Shown here: positions 1 to 8,438 of the stretch, one piece after another | Numbering within the stretch: position 1 is the stretch's first letter | How the letters are laid out: each line of letters begins with the position of its first letter | Origin: Elainellaceae cyanobacterium | GTDB taxonomy: Bacteria > Cyanobacteriota > Cyanobacteriia > CAZCXK01 | Direction: 5' to 3' | DNA length: 14,531 bases | Assembly (NCBI GenBank): GCA_051117555.1 | Contig: JBNPEG010000050.1 | Span: 1-14,531, forward strand | Program-made: the position numbers and the translations under genes | The notes under the pieces: generated by a model | Seen by the model: the letters and a program-made list of their open reading frames with translations, nothing else | The model's database searches: none | What the model was told of the DNA's origin: nothing

Positions 1-1188
1 GGGCAGTTTTGGCAAACCCGTCAACATCTTGAAGCGATATCGGCACCCCCTTCTGATCTTCAAGCCCTGACCTGTCCGTCTATTGCCGTTGTCATCCCGG
101 CTCGCAACGAAGCCGATGTCTTGCCGATCACCGTGCGATCGCTCGTTGCTCAACGCTATCCTGGCAATCTCGATATCATTGTCGTTGACGACCACAGCAC
201 AGACGATACCGCCACCGTTGCCCGGCGAGCTGCTGAGGAGATTGACGCGCCGTTTGATTTTCCGCGCACTCTCCGCATTCTCCAAGCTGAACCCCTGCCT
301 GCCGGGTGGACGGGCAAACTCTGGGCACTCGAACAAGGCACCCAATACGCGCTCAGCCAAACGCCAGATCCTGCGTTTGTTCTGCTCACGGATGCCGATA
401 TTGAACACGATCCAGATAATCTGTATCGACTCGTGACCCAAGCGCAGCACGACCCCCTCGATCTGGTATCCATCATGGTGAGGTTGCGGTGTCAGAGTGT
501 CTGGGAGAAACTCTTGATTCCAGCATTTGTTTTTTTCTTTCAGAAACTCTACCCCTTCTCGTGGGTAAATGATCCCCAAAAACGCACTGCCGCTGCTGCC
601 GGAGGGTGCGCTCTGATTCGCCCGGCAGCCCTCAAGCGCATCGGAGGCATTGCCGCAATTCGTCACGCCTTGATCGATGATTGTGCGTTGGCAAATGCAG
701 TCAAGTGGACGGTTCAAGAGAGCAACGCCAATCTGTCTGCCCAGTCTTTCCCGCTGTTGCTTCACCCACCCACCCGGTCTAACCCAATCTGGCTAGGGCT
801 CAGTTCTCTGACCCATAGCCTGCGCCCCTATCCTGACTTGAAGACCATCTGGGATATGGTGGCACGTACCGCATATACCCAGTTGCACTACTCGCCGCTG
901 TTGTTGTTGGGGACGCTAATCGGCATGACGTGGGTTTATCTGGTGCCGCCTCTGAGCGCGATCGCCGGGATAGTGACAGGGCAATGGGCGTTATCGGCAG
1001 TCGGACTTTTTACCTGGCTACTGATGGCGATCGCCTATGCCCCGATTCTTCGGTTTTATCGGGTGCCGTTGCCGTTTGCAGTCTGTTTACCCGCGATCGC
1101 ATTTCTGTATACGCTGATGACTCTAGATTCAGCGCTGCGTCACTGGCAAGGACGAGGGGGGGCGTGGAAAGGTCGAGTCTACCCATAA
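1..1188 (+). CDS. hpnB: Hopanoid-associated glycosyltransferase, GT2 family (HpnB-like); 5' end lies outside the window
   Basis: Frame is open from base 1 (GQFWQTRQHL...IAVVIPARNEADVL), so the TTG at 121 is not the start. Motifs VIPARNEA, VVVDDHSTD, LPAGWTGKLWAL, LLTDADI, AAAAGGC, ALIDDC, WDMVARTAYTQL; C-terminal TM helices; ends RGGAWKGRVY as in HpnB. Stop TAA 1186-1188. Confidence 0.85.
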   Translation, partial: GQFWQTRQHLEAISAPPSDLQALTCPSIAVVIPARNEADVLPITVRSLVAQRYPGNLDIIVVDDHSTDDTATVARRAAEEIDAPFDFPRTLRILQAEPLPAGWTGKLWALEQGTQYALSQTPDPAFVLLTDADIEHDPDNLYRLVTQAQHDPLDLVSIMVRLRCQSVWEKLLIPAFVFFFQKLYPFSWVNDPQKRTAAAAGGCALIRPAALKRIGGIAAIRHALIDDCALANAVKWTVQESNANLSAQSFPLLLHPPTRSNPIWLGLSSLTHSLRPYPDLKTIWDMVARTAYTQLHYSPLLLLGTLIGMTWVYLVPPLSAIAGIVTGQWALSAVGLFTWLLMAIAYAPILRFYRVPLPFAVCLPAIAFLYTLMTLDSALRHWQGRGGAWKGRVYP

Positions 1189-1204
1189 GATACGGGGCTA
1201 GCGG

Positions 1205-1927
1205 TCAGCGATAATCGGAGGGCAGCGATGCGAAGACTTGAGCGATTCGATGTTCAAGGGCATTTAATCCCATGAGTGAGCCTCGGATCAGTCGCAGAGC
1301 CGCCACTGGATGGGTGATGAACTCTTTTGCCAACGGCACTGGCTGGAGGTTGCCCTGAGCATCAATGGCAGAATTTAAATTCGGTAAATCGTGAAAGCAG
1401 TCATCGCTGACAACTCGCAGGATCGCAACCTTCATTCCCCACTCATGTAAGACGGTTAGCGCCGCATGACCTTCCATATCCACGATGTCAGCGTGATGAG
1501 TGTGTCCCAACGCACGCTTTTCAGATGCCGACCAAATCAGGCGATCGCTCGTTAGGGCATTCACAAGATGAACCTGAGGCTCTAATGCCTGCACAAGGGC
1601 ATCGGTCAGGCGATCGCACTGGATTACCTCAGCAGAGGCTGGCTCAGAGAGGATCATGCAGCCCCGATACACCACCGCATCCCCAATGTGGAGATCTGGG
1701 GATAAGCTACCGCATACTCCCGCTAAAAGCACAGACTCCCCCGCTTCCCATGCATGGTGCTGGCGATAGTGCTCCAAGTGCGATCGCAGGGTTGAAGACC
1801 CCATCGGGATGGGGCATATCCACTCCAATGGAACCCCAACCCGGCTCAGGCCACGACGCACTGCCCGATATTCTGCCCCCTGTGGCACTAAAATCATCAT
1901 CGGCCGGTGTGCGCTTGAGTTAAGCAT
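1205..1927 (-). CDS. Nucleoside phosphorylase-fold protein (HpnG-like, PNP/MTA-SAH nucleosidase superfamily)
   Basis: Motifs ILVPQGAEY, LLAGVCGSL, SASEK, VDMEG, ILRVVSDD...DLP. Start uncertain: ATG at 2008 (ATGA overlap with the GT4 stop), 1927, 1900 or 1897. Adjacent to the hpnB-like gene. Confidence 0.7.
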   Translation of the reverse strand: MLNSSAHRPMMILVPQGAEYRAVRRGLSRVGVPLEWICPIPMGSSTLRSHLEHYRQHHAWEAGESVLLAGVCGSLSPDLHIGDAVVYRGCMILSEPASAEVIQCDRLTDALVQALEPQVHLVNALTSDRLIWSASEKRALGHTHHADIVDMEGHAALTVLHEWGMKVAILRVVSDDCFHDLPNLNSAIDAQGNLQPVPLAKEFITHPVAALRLIRGSLMGLNALEHRIAQVFASLPSDYR

Positions 1928-2004
1928 GGTGGTATGGGGCGCGCCGTGCCTCACACCACCCTCTCTGTACTTGGCGTACTTGACGCAATTACGAATTGCT
2001 CTAA

Positions 2005-3168
2005 TCATGCCAGTCGTCGCGACGAATTGCTGCTGAGATACATTCGTCGCTGCTGAAGAACCTCGCTATACAGGTCTTCAAGCTGACCAATATTGCGGCT
2101 AAGCGTATAGCGATCGAGCACGCGCTGGCGGGCTTTTTGCCCAAGCACATCGGTGAGTTCGGGGTGATCGCGGCAAATCGGGAGCAGTGTCTGGAGCTGG
2201 GTGGCCACTCGATTCGTGCTCATAATAATGCCTGCCCCTTCAGACAACACCTCACCATCTGCTCCGGCATCGGTCGCCACACACGCAACCCCGCACGCCA
2301 TCGCTTCAAGCAGCGACAGCGACAGCCCCTCAACCAACGACGGCAGAATAAACACATCGGCTGCCCGCAGAATGTTGATGCGGTGCTGCTCGTCTGCAAC
2401 AAACCCTAACCAATGGATTCCGTGCTCTGACGTATAGAACGGCATCAAAGAGGGAACTAACGGGCCACTGCCCACTACTAATAGCGTGCTGTCAGCCCCC
2501 ATATCTAAATGGCGCCAGGCTTTTAGCAGCGACTCTACATTTTTTTCAGACGCAATACGCCCCTGATAGACAAACAACCGCTTCGTATTGAACTGAGACT
2601 TAACCGACGAAATGCCGGGGTAATATTTATCGACATCCACTCCATTAGGGATGACCGCGACCTTTTCAGCAGGAACCCCAAGTCGAACCAGCAAATCTCG
2701 CTGAATGTGAGAAAACACGATAACGCGATCGTAGTTTGCCAAAAAGGGGGCGTATAGCTGGTATGTGAGATGCTGAGTCCCCGATGTAAAGTTACGCCGC
2801 TTGAGGTCAAACGGGGGATGAAAGGTGGCAATCAGCGGTAGATTGAGTTCTTCACAGATTTCGGGCAGCAAAAAGTCGAGCGGAGAAAGGGTCAATGAGG
2901 CATGAACCAAATCTGGTTTAAGCTGCTGGAGAGCTTTGACTAAGACCTTGCTTGATTTCAGTGACGGAATTGTATAAACCTGAGACTTAAATAGAAATGG
3001 AATAGGAACTTCGTGGCATTCCGGATCAGAGTCAGCTACCGATTCTGATTGAGCAAAATGGAGAAAACTAACTTGATAGCCGCTGTCTAGTAAAACATTT
3101 GTAATTTCTCGACTGTAGGTCACATTGCCACAAAATGGCGATTTTTTTCCAAGCCAAGCGATATGCAT
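2005..3168 (-). CDS. Glycosyltransferase family 4 (GT-B fold)
   Basis: MHIAWLGKKSPFCGNVTY start, VIPNGVD, YQGRIASEKN and the ADVFILPSLVEGLSLSLLEAMACG (E-x7-E) signature. Confidence 0.9.
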   Translation of the reverse strand: MHIAWLGKKSPFCGNVTYSREITNVLLDSGYQVSFLHFAQSESVADSDPECHEVPIPFLFKSQVYTIPSLKSSKVLVKALQQLKPDLVHASLTLSPLDFLLPEICEELNLPLIATFHPPFDLKRRNFTSGTQHLTYQLYAPFLANYDRVIVFSHIQRDLLVRLGVPAEKVAVIPNGVDVDKYYPGISSVKSQFNTKRLFVYQGRIASEKNVESLLKAWRHLDMGADSTLLVVGSGPLVPSLMPFYTSEHGIHWLGFVADEQHRINILRAADVFILPSLVEGLSLSLLEAMACGVACVATDAGADGEVLSEGAGIIMSTNRVATQLQTLLPICRDHPELTDVLGQKARQRVLDRYTLSRNIGQLEDLYSEVLQQRRMYLSSNSSRRLA

Positions 3169-3221
3169 TCAAGTTGATACGGTTATTTCAAAATCGCGAC
3201 TCAATATCAGGGTCTAGCTAC

Positions 3222-4781
3222 CTAAGAGGCGGTTTTAGCTGTTCCCTTACGGGAAATGTACCATGTCACGACTCCCCCTGAGATCGCCAAAGCGGCTAAT
3301 CCTAAAAACACGGCCTGGAGTCCAACGAAATTTTCGGCAACGCCTGCCAACGCTAAGGGGAGACTCAACGCGATGTTGACCGCATTGTTTTGTAGGCCAA
3401 ACACCTTACCTCGCATTGCTTCAGGCGTCTCTGCTTGAATGGTCGTCTGCATGGGAATACCTACCAGTGCAGCAAAACTACCCATCAGCATAATGCAGCC
3501 CAATGCCGGAAAAAGCCGCTCGGTGAAAAATGACAGGCTGATCAAACAGGCTGAAATGCCAATCGACCCTAAAAGACTCAGTTGGTTACGAGAGAACCGT
3601 TGACAAAACTGACCAATCAGCGCCGCACCGATCGCCATCCCGACGCCAGCCGCTGCTAAGAGAAAGCCAAATTGGTCAGAGTCGATGGCAGGCATAATCT
3701 CGGCTAGGCGCACGGCAAGCACCGCGAGCGCTGCAAAAATCGAGAATAGGATCACCAACTGCACCAAGGCTGCTCGAACTTGGCCTTGTTGTCCCAGATA
3801 TTTCAACCCATCTCGAATATCTTGAAAAACGTGGGCATGTTCTTCTTGATCAAGATGTCCTCCCTTTTCCTGGGGGCGAACAAACAGCAGCAGCACCCCA
3901 GCAATGCCATACCCAAGCCCGACCAATAACTCTTGACCAATGCCGACAGCAGTTCCCAATTTTTCCATGACGGTGTTGGCGATCGCCAGCAACGGTTCTC
4001 CGAGCGCAAATCCGATGATTACCGATGCCATCATCGTCGTGGTATAGAGAGAGTTTGCCGATAGCAGGTGCTTACGCTTGACTAGGAGAGGAATCGCCGC
4101 CTGTTCTGCAGGTGCGAAAAACTGAGTCAGCGTCGATACCCAAAACGTCACCGCCAACAGCATAAAAAAGCCAACGGGCAATCCTGCAAAGGCTGACCAT
4201 CCTTGGGAAATCCACAGGAGAGGCGGCAACGCCAGCACTAGCGCGCCTCGCAACAGATTGGTTGAGACGAGCACCAGTTTTTTGGGCCACCGATCGACAA
4301 ACACCCCGGCGATTGACCCAAATAGAACAGCCGGAATTGTAAAGACGATCATCAGGGCTGACACCCAGCCGCTAATCGTTTGCCCCTCTGCCTGAAATCG
4401 ACTGGCAATCAGCCCAATCATCAACACCAAATAGACTTTATCTGCCAATTGAGAAAAGACTTGCCCGCTCCAAAGCACCAAAAAATTCCAGTTTTTTAAT
4501 ACCGGCAAGAATCCCTCTTCGGATTCTTCATTAGGATCAAAGTCAGGCAGTTCGGGTGTGTTGCCATTGCCATTGCCGTTGCCATTTCCTTTTAATTGAG
4601 AGGGTGTGTTGTCTTGGGGCGATCGCCCAGTCGTCACAGACTGGACTAGAGCATCGTCTTGGTTTCTGCCAACCGCTTCTGGCAATGTCTCAGTGCTTGG
4701 GTTTGGTGTAATGTTGCGATGCGGTTCAAGCTCACTCAGCAGTGGCTTACAGGATTGCAGGTCAGAATCAAATAATTCCAT
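3222..4781 (-). CDS. MFS transporter (H+ antiporter-like) with a long hydrophilic N-terminal extension
   Basis: About 12 hydrophobic segments; NFLVLWSGQVFSQLAD, motif A-like AGVFVDRWPKK, QFFAPAEQAAIP, MRGKVFG. Confidence 0.88.
   Translation of the reverse strand: MELFDSDLQSCKPLLSELEPHRNITPNPSTETLPEAVGRNQDDALVQSVTTGRSPQDNTPSQLKGNGNGNGNGNTPELPDFDPNEESEEGFLPVLKNWNFLVLWSGQVFSQLADKVYLVLMIGLIASRFQAEGQTISGWVSALMIVFTIPAVLFGSIAGVFVDRWPKKLVLVSTNLLRGALVLALPPLLWISQGWSAFAGLPVGFFMLLAVTFWVSTLTQFFAPAEQAAIPLLVKRKHLLSANSLYTTTMMASVIIGFALGEPLLAIANTVMEKLGTAVGIGQELLVGLGYGIAGVLLLFVRPQEKGGHLDQEEHAHVFQDIRDGLKYLGQQGQVRAALVQLVILFSIFAALAVLAVRLAEIMPAIDSDQFGFLLAAAGVGMAIGAALIGQFCQRFSRNQLSLLGSIGISACLISLSFFTERLFPALGCIMLMGSFAALVGIPMQTTIQAETPEAMRGKVFGLQNNAVNIALSLPLALAGVAENFVGLQAVFLGLAALAISGGVVTWYISRKGTAKTAS
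4561..4590. repeat. 6-bp tandem repeat (TTGCCA-like x5) encoding a (Gly-Asn)5 tract in the MFS N-terminal tail
   Basis: TTGCCA TTGCCA TTGCCG TTGCCA TTTCCT read directly; translates as GNGNGNGNGN on the minus strand. Confidence 0.85.
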
Positions 4782-4791
4782 ACGTTATGGA

Positions 4792-5841
4792 TCACGATGA
4801 CTTTAACAAAGGCGTAAAGCAGGTTTCGATTAGGGCTGCTGAGCGAATTGGGCGCTCTAAATGATACTGGGTATAATGCCTCAGAGTTTGCTCTATTGAG
4901 AGCCATACCCTAACGGACGCTGCTGAATTTGGCGACACACTAGACGACACCTCGTCCCCCCGAAGCGAATCAGACCCAAGCGGTCGTCCATCGAGTTGAG
5001 GCAGTTGAGGGTTGGCTAATTGTTGAAACAGGGCTAGCTCGGTTGCATTGAGTAAGATACATAATTCTGGAATCTTAGACTGAGCGTGATGTCGGGATTG
5101 CCGTTTAAGCTGATCTGGATAGCAATTCCCCTGAGTTACAGCGTACTTGGAAATGGCGATCGCTTCATTAACGCCAGACACATTCCTGGTGCCTAATTCG
5201 CCGGTATCCATTGGCGGAGAATAATCCCACGGGTTTGGACGAGGTTTTGTATATCCCTCGGATGCCAGCCGCTCTAGCTCAGATAGTTGAACCGTTCCTC
5301 CTGCTGCGGCGCTAAAGCCAATTCGCCAGTCTCGATTTGAAAAATCTGGAACAACAGGCTGCTGCGTCACGCAGCAAACTTGAACTTGGGGAGCTAGCCC
5401 AGCAACAACGAGCAGGTGAAAGACTGCGTGAACTAAACATGCCAACGTCAGCGACTGCGGCTGCTTGGCTAAGCGTCTCAGATGCTCGCAAACCAATGCA
5501 AACAATTCGGCCTGCGGTTGCTGGCTTAACGCCTGACATAACGCTACTTCTGCCAGATATTGGCTCGCGGTTAACGTTCCCAAATCTTGGCTGAGATTCG
5601 GGAAGGATTCTAAACCCTCTACTTGTACAATTTTATCGAGGTTGCGTCCCTTGGCAATGAATAGTTCATTTACAGCGAACAAGCTGCTTCGCCCGCGCAA
5701 GGACGATTTGTGCTTTCGAGCCCCAGGTGCCACAGCGCGAATCAGCCCCTGCTCCGGAGTTAGCACCGTCAACAGGCGATCGCTTTCTCCAAGAGGGATG
5801 CTTTTGAGATTGATACCTGTAACTTTATAGGTTCCGCTCAT
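4792..5841 (-). CDS. recO: DNA repair protein RecO
   Basis: N-terminal OB fold TGINLKSIPLGESDRLLTVLTPEQGLIRAVAPGARK, ASQYLAE, C-terminal YHLERPIRSA; follows deoC as is usual in cyanobacteria. Confidence 0.92.
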   Translation of the reverse strand: MSGTYKVTGINLKSIPLGESDRLLTVLTPEQGLIRAVAPGARKHKSSLRGRSSLFAVNELFIAKGRNLDKIVQVEGLESFPNLSQDLGTLTASQYLAEVALCQALSQQPQAELFALVCEHLRRLAKQPQSLTLACLVHAVFHLLVVAGLAPQVQVCCVTQQPVVPDFSNRDWRIGFSAAAGGTVQLSELERLASEGYTKPRPNPWDYSPPMDTGELGTRNVSGVNEAIAISKYAVTQGNCYPDQLKRQSRHHAQSKIPELCILLNATELALFQQLANPQLPQLDGRPLGSDSLRGDEVSSSVSPNSAASVRVWLSIEQTLRHYTQYHLERPIRSAALIETCFTPLLKSS

Positions 5842-5985
5842 GATTGGGCTTTAGCACGATGGGCACAGGAGGACAGCGAAGAAGACATGATTAAACCGTC
5901 AGGGAAACGAGCAAGCAGGACAAACTCTAACGTACGCCCCAATATTCAAAGCGTATCACCCGTTCTCGTTGCCGAATGGCAATTC

Positions 5986-6687
5986 CTAGGTCTCCTCATC
6001 ATTTACCCGTCCATGCTTTCCCATCTCTTCACGCTGGCGAATCAACTCAGGACCTCGGGATGTTCCTAACCGAGTTGCACCCGCCACGATGAGTTCGATT
6101 GCCTGCTCTGCGGTGCGGATACCACCAGCCGCCTTAATACCGACGCGATCCTTAGTCAGCTCTTTTAGCAATCGAACATCCGCAACCGTTGCACCGCCCG
6201 ACCAGCCAGTACTTGTCTTTAAAAATTGAGCACCCGCTTCCATACAGATGTCAGCCGCAATTCGCTTTTCTTCATCGGTGAGCAGCGCAGTTTCTAGAAT
6301 CGCTTTGACGGGTTTTCCGGTCTCTTCACAGATTTCCGCTAATTCTCGATGAACTGCATCGGTTTGACCCGCCTTGAGCCAGCCTAAATTAATGACAACA
6401 TCAAGCTCAGTCGCACCATTTTCAATCGCTTCCTGAGCTTCATAGCGCTTCACGGCTGATGTGGTCGCCCCGGTTGGAAACCCAATCACCGCACAGACCT
6501 GGGGTCGGCGGTTATGCAACAGTTCAGCGGCTTGGCGCACATGAACCGGATAGAGACACACTGCTGGAAACCCAAAGCGATCGGCAGCTTCACACCATTG
6601 AGCGACATGAGCCGAAGTTGCCACCGGATTTAGCAGCGCATGGTCAATGTACTCAGCTAAGTCGATATCAGCATGGACGTTGACCAT
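5986..6687 (-). CDS. deoC: Deoxyribose-phosphate aldolase
   Basis: [38 protein letters not shown] (Schiff-base Lys), [18 protein letters not shown]. Confidence 0.96.
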   Translation of the reverse strand: MVNVHADIDLAEYIDHALLNPVATSAHVAQWCEAADRFGFPAVCLYPVHVRQAAELLHNRRPQVCAVIGFPTGATTSAVKRYEAQEAIENGATELDVVINLGWLKAGQTDAVHRELAEICEETGKPVKAILETALLTDEEKRIAADICMEAGAQFLKTSTGWSGGATVADVRLLKELTKDRVGIKAAGGIRTAEQAIELIVAGATRLGTSRGPELIRQREEMGKHGRVNDEET

Positions 6688-6753
6688 AATGCCTCAATGC
6701 CTCGTTGAATCTCTTCCCTCTTTACTTGTACCAAAATGCACTGCACTTCGGGG

Positions 6754-6789
6754 GCGCGATCGCTCGATTTGGGCGATCGCGCGATTTGG
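6754..6789. repeat. 17-bp tandem duplication containing HIP1, which also forms a hairpin
   Basis: GCGATCGCTCGATTTGG (6756-6772) and GCGATCGCGCGATTTGG (6773-6789), 16/17 identical. GCGCGATCGCTC-GATTT-GGGCGATCGCGC (6754-6782) can form a 12-bp stem with one G-T pair. Confidence 0.8.
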
Positions 6790-6801
6790 AGTTATACCAC
6801 T

Positions 6802-6824
6802 TGAGATTCTGGCTGAGATTCTGG
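6802..6824. repeat. Perfect 11-bp direct repeat in the divergent promoter region
   Basis: TGAGATTCTGG-C-TGAGATTCTGG (6802-6812, 6814-6824). Confidence 0.8.
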
Positions 6825-6976
6825 ATCAAATCAGAACAACTGTGAGGTGATTGCGATCGCCAATTGGTTGCGCGATTCCACACCCGATAGCGGTCCTGGT
6901 TTTGGTTCTAGTCCAGAGGTATGTTTCAAGCTACCTGGACAATGCTTTAGATCAAGATTGAATCGAGAAGCCTTAT

Positions 6977-7171
6977 TGACTGACAAAACTCTGGATGCTG
7001 GCGGCTGAAGCCGCGCCTACATGAGCAAAACCCGCCTCCGCGGGTTGGAGTCAGTCGGCGCTAGCGAAGCCATGCCGAAGGCTATAGGCCAACTTTGTAC
7101 GTGTAGTAGCAGTTACTCTTCGAGAAGCCGCTATGCGTCTACAACTGCCGCTACAAAAATTTTGTCAGTCA
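6977..7171. mobile_element. Non-autonomous REP/REPIN- or MITE-like element with 12-bp terminal inverted repeats and nested mini-insertions
   Basis: TGACTGACAAAA (6977-6988) and TTTTGTCAGTCA (7160-7171) are perfect inverted repeats. Internal inverted pair of hairpin units: GCGGCT-GA-AGCCGC (7001-7014), CTAC (7017-7020), AACCCGC-CTCC-GCGGGTT (7029-7046), mirrored by AGTCGGC..GCCAACT, GTAG (7103-7106) and GCAGTT..AACTGC. No transposase in the window. Confidence 0.7.
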
Positions 7172-7269
7172 GACAGACAGATCGAGAAGCTTATAAAACT
7201 GCCACATTCGATATTCGGCGTTTCTGCCAGCAGGTCATGATAAACCCATAGGAATCAGGAGACGCAGAG

Positions 7270-8334
7270 ATGGAGATTTCTAAGGATGATCTTCGCTGGG
7301 CAGTCGGGCAAGGGGTACTGTCTGACGAGCAAGCCGAACAGCTCTGGCAGGCACTTGCCGAACGAACGGGTAATTCAGAATCAGCCGTAGAGCATCGCCC
7401 CCGGTTTGACCTCCCCCATGTTGCCTACTATTTCGGTGCACTCATCGTCATTGGGGCAATGAGCTGGTTTATGACGCTGGCATGGGAAGAATTTGGCGGA
7501 GCTGGGATTTTCATTATTTCCTGCATTTACGCCCTTTGTTTCATTTTGGCAGGGCATACCCTCTGGTATCGTCAGAATCTGAGAATTCCAGGCGGGTTAT
7601 TGATTACGATCGCCGTTTGTCTCACACCGCTCGCCATCTATGGGCTGCAACGCTGGACGGGGATTTGGATTCAAGGTGATCCGGGCACCTACCCCAACTA
7701 TCACATTTGGGTCAAAGGAAGTTGGTTGCTCATGGAGTTGGGCACGATTGCCGCCGGTCTGATTGCGCTGCGATTTTTCCGATTTCCATTCCTGATTGCG
7801 CCGATCGCCTTTACGCTCTGGTATATGTCAATGGATTTAACCCCGTTGCTGTTTGGGCAGGTCGAATTTACGTGGGACCAGCGGCGGCTGGTGTCGATGT
7901 GGTTTGGAATTGCGATGTTGATCGTTGCCTACTGGGTTGACTTGCGATCGCGGCGATCGCGCGAAGATTATGCTTTTTGGCTTTATCTATTTGGGTTGCT
8001 GTCGTTCTGGACAGGACTATCGCTATCCAATACCGACAGTGAATTTCAGTGGTTCATCTACTGCGTGATTAATGTCGGTTTGATTTCGCTATCTCTACTG
8101 CTGCATCGACGGCTATTTATCATCTTTGGGGCGTTGGGCGTGTTTGGCTATCTCAGCCACCTTGCCTCCATCGTGTTCCGAGATTCTCTCCTGTTTCCCT
8201 TTGCGTTATCCGCGATCGGAGTTGCCATCATTTGGTTTGGCGTTCTCTATCAACGCCATCAACGACGATTAGAACAGATCGTTGATGACCAGATGCCTGA
8301 TTGGTTAAGTCGGGTCATTCCTCAACGACGCTAA
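7270..8334 (+). CDS. Polytopic membrane protein (DUF2157-like)
   Basis: N-terminal LRWAVGQGVLSDEQAEQL followed by YYFGALIVIGAM, typical of DUF2157-type proteins; about 10 TM segments; SD AGGAG at 7257-7261. Confidence 0.7.
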   Translation: MEISKDDLRWAVGQGVLSDEQAEQLWQALAERTGNSESAVEHRPRFDLPHVAYYFGALIVIGAMSWFMTLAWEEFGGAGIFIISCIYALCFILAGHTLWYRQNLRIPGGLLITIAVCLTPLAIYGLQRWTGIWIQGDPGTYPNYHIWVKGSWLLMELGTIAAGLIALRFFRFPFLIAPIAFTLWYMSMDLTPLLFGQVEFTWDQRRLVSMWFGIAMLIVAYWVDLRSRRSREDYAFWLYLFGLLSFWTGLSLSNTDSEFQWFIYCVINVGLISLSLLLHRRLFIIFGALGVFGYLSHLASIVFRDSLLFPFALSAIGVAIIWFGVLYQRHQRRLEQIVDDQMPDWLSRVIPQRR

Positions 8335-8438
8335 GGCTTGATTGATGACGTGATTTATAGACAGATTGGGGTGGGGGCATAGATTTGTCCAGGTTTCGTC
8401 TAGTAAGCTGAAACCAACGGATTCATGGTGGGTGCCCT

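Noticed and set aside
7021..7251. 76-aa ORF in the intergenic region
   Set aside because: It runs through the palindromic repeat element, with no protein-like features or RBS.
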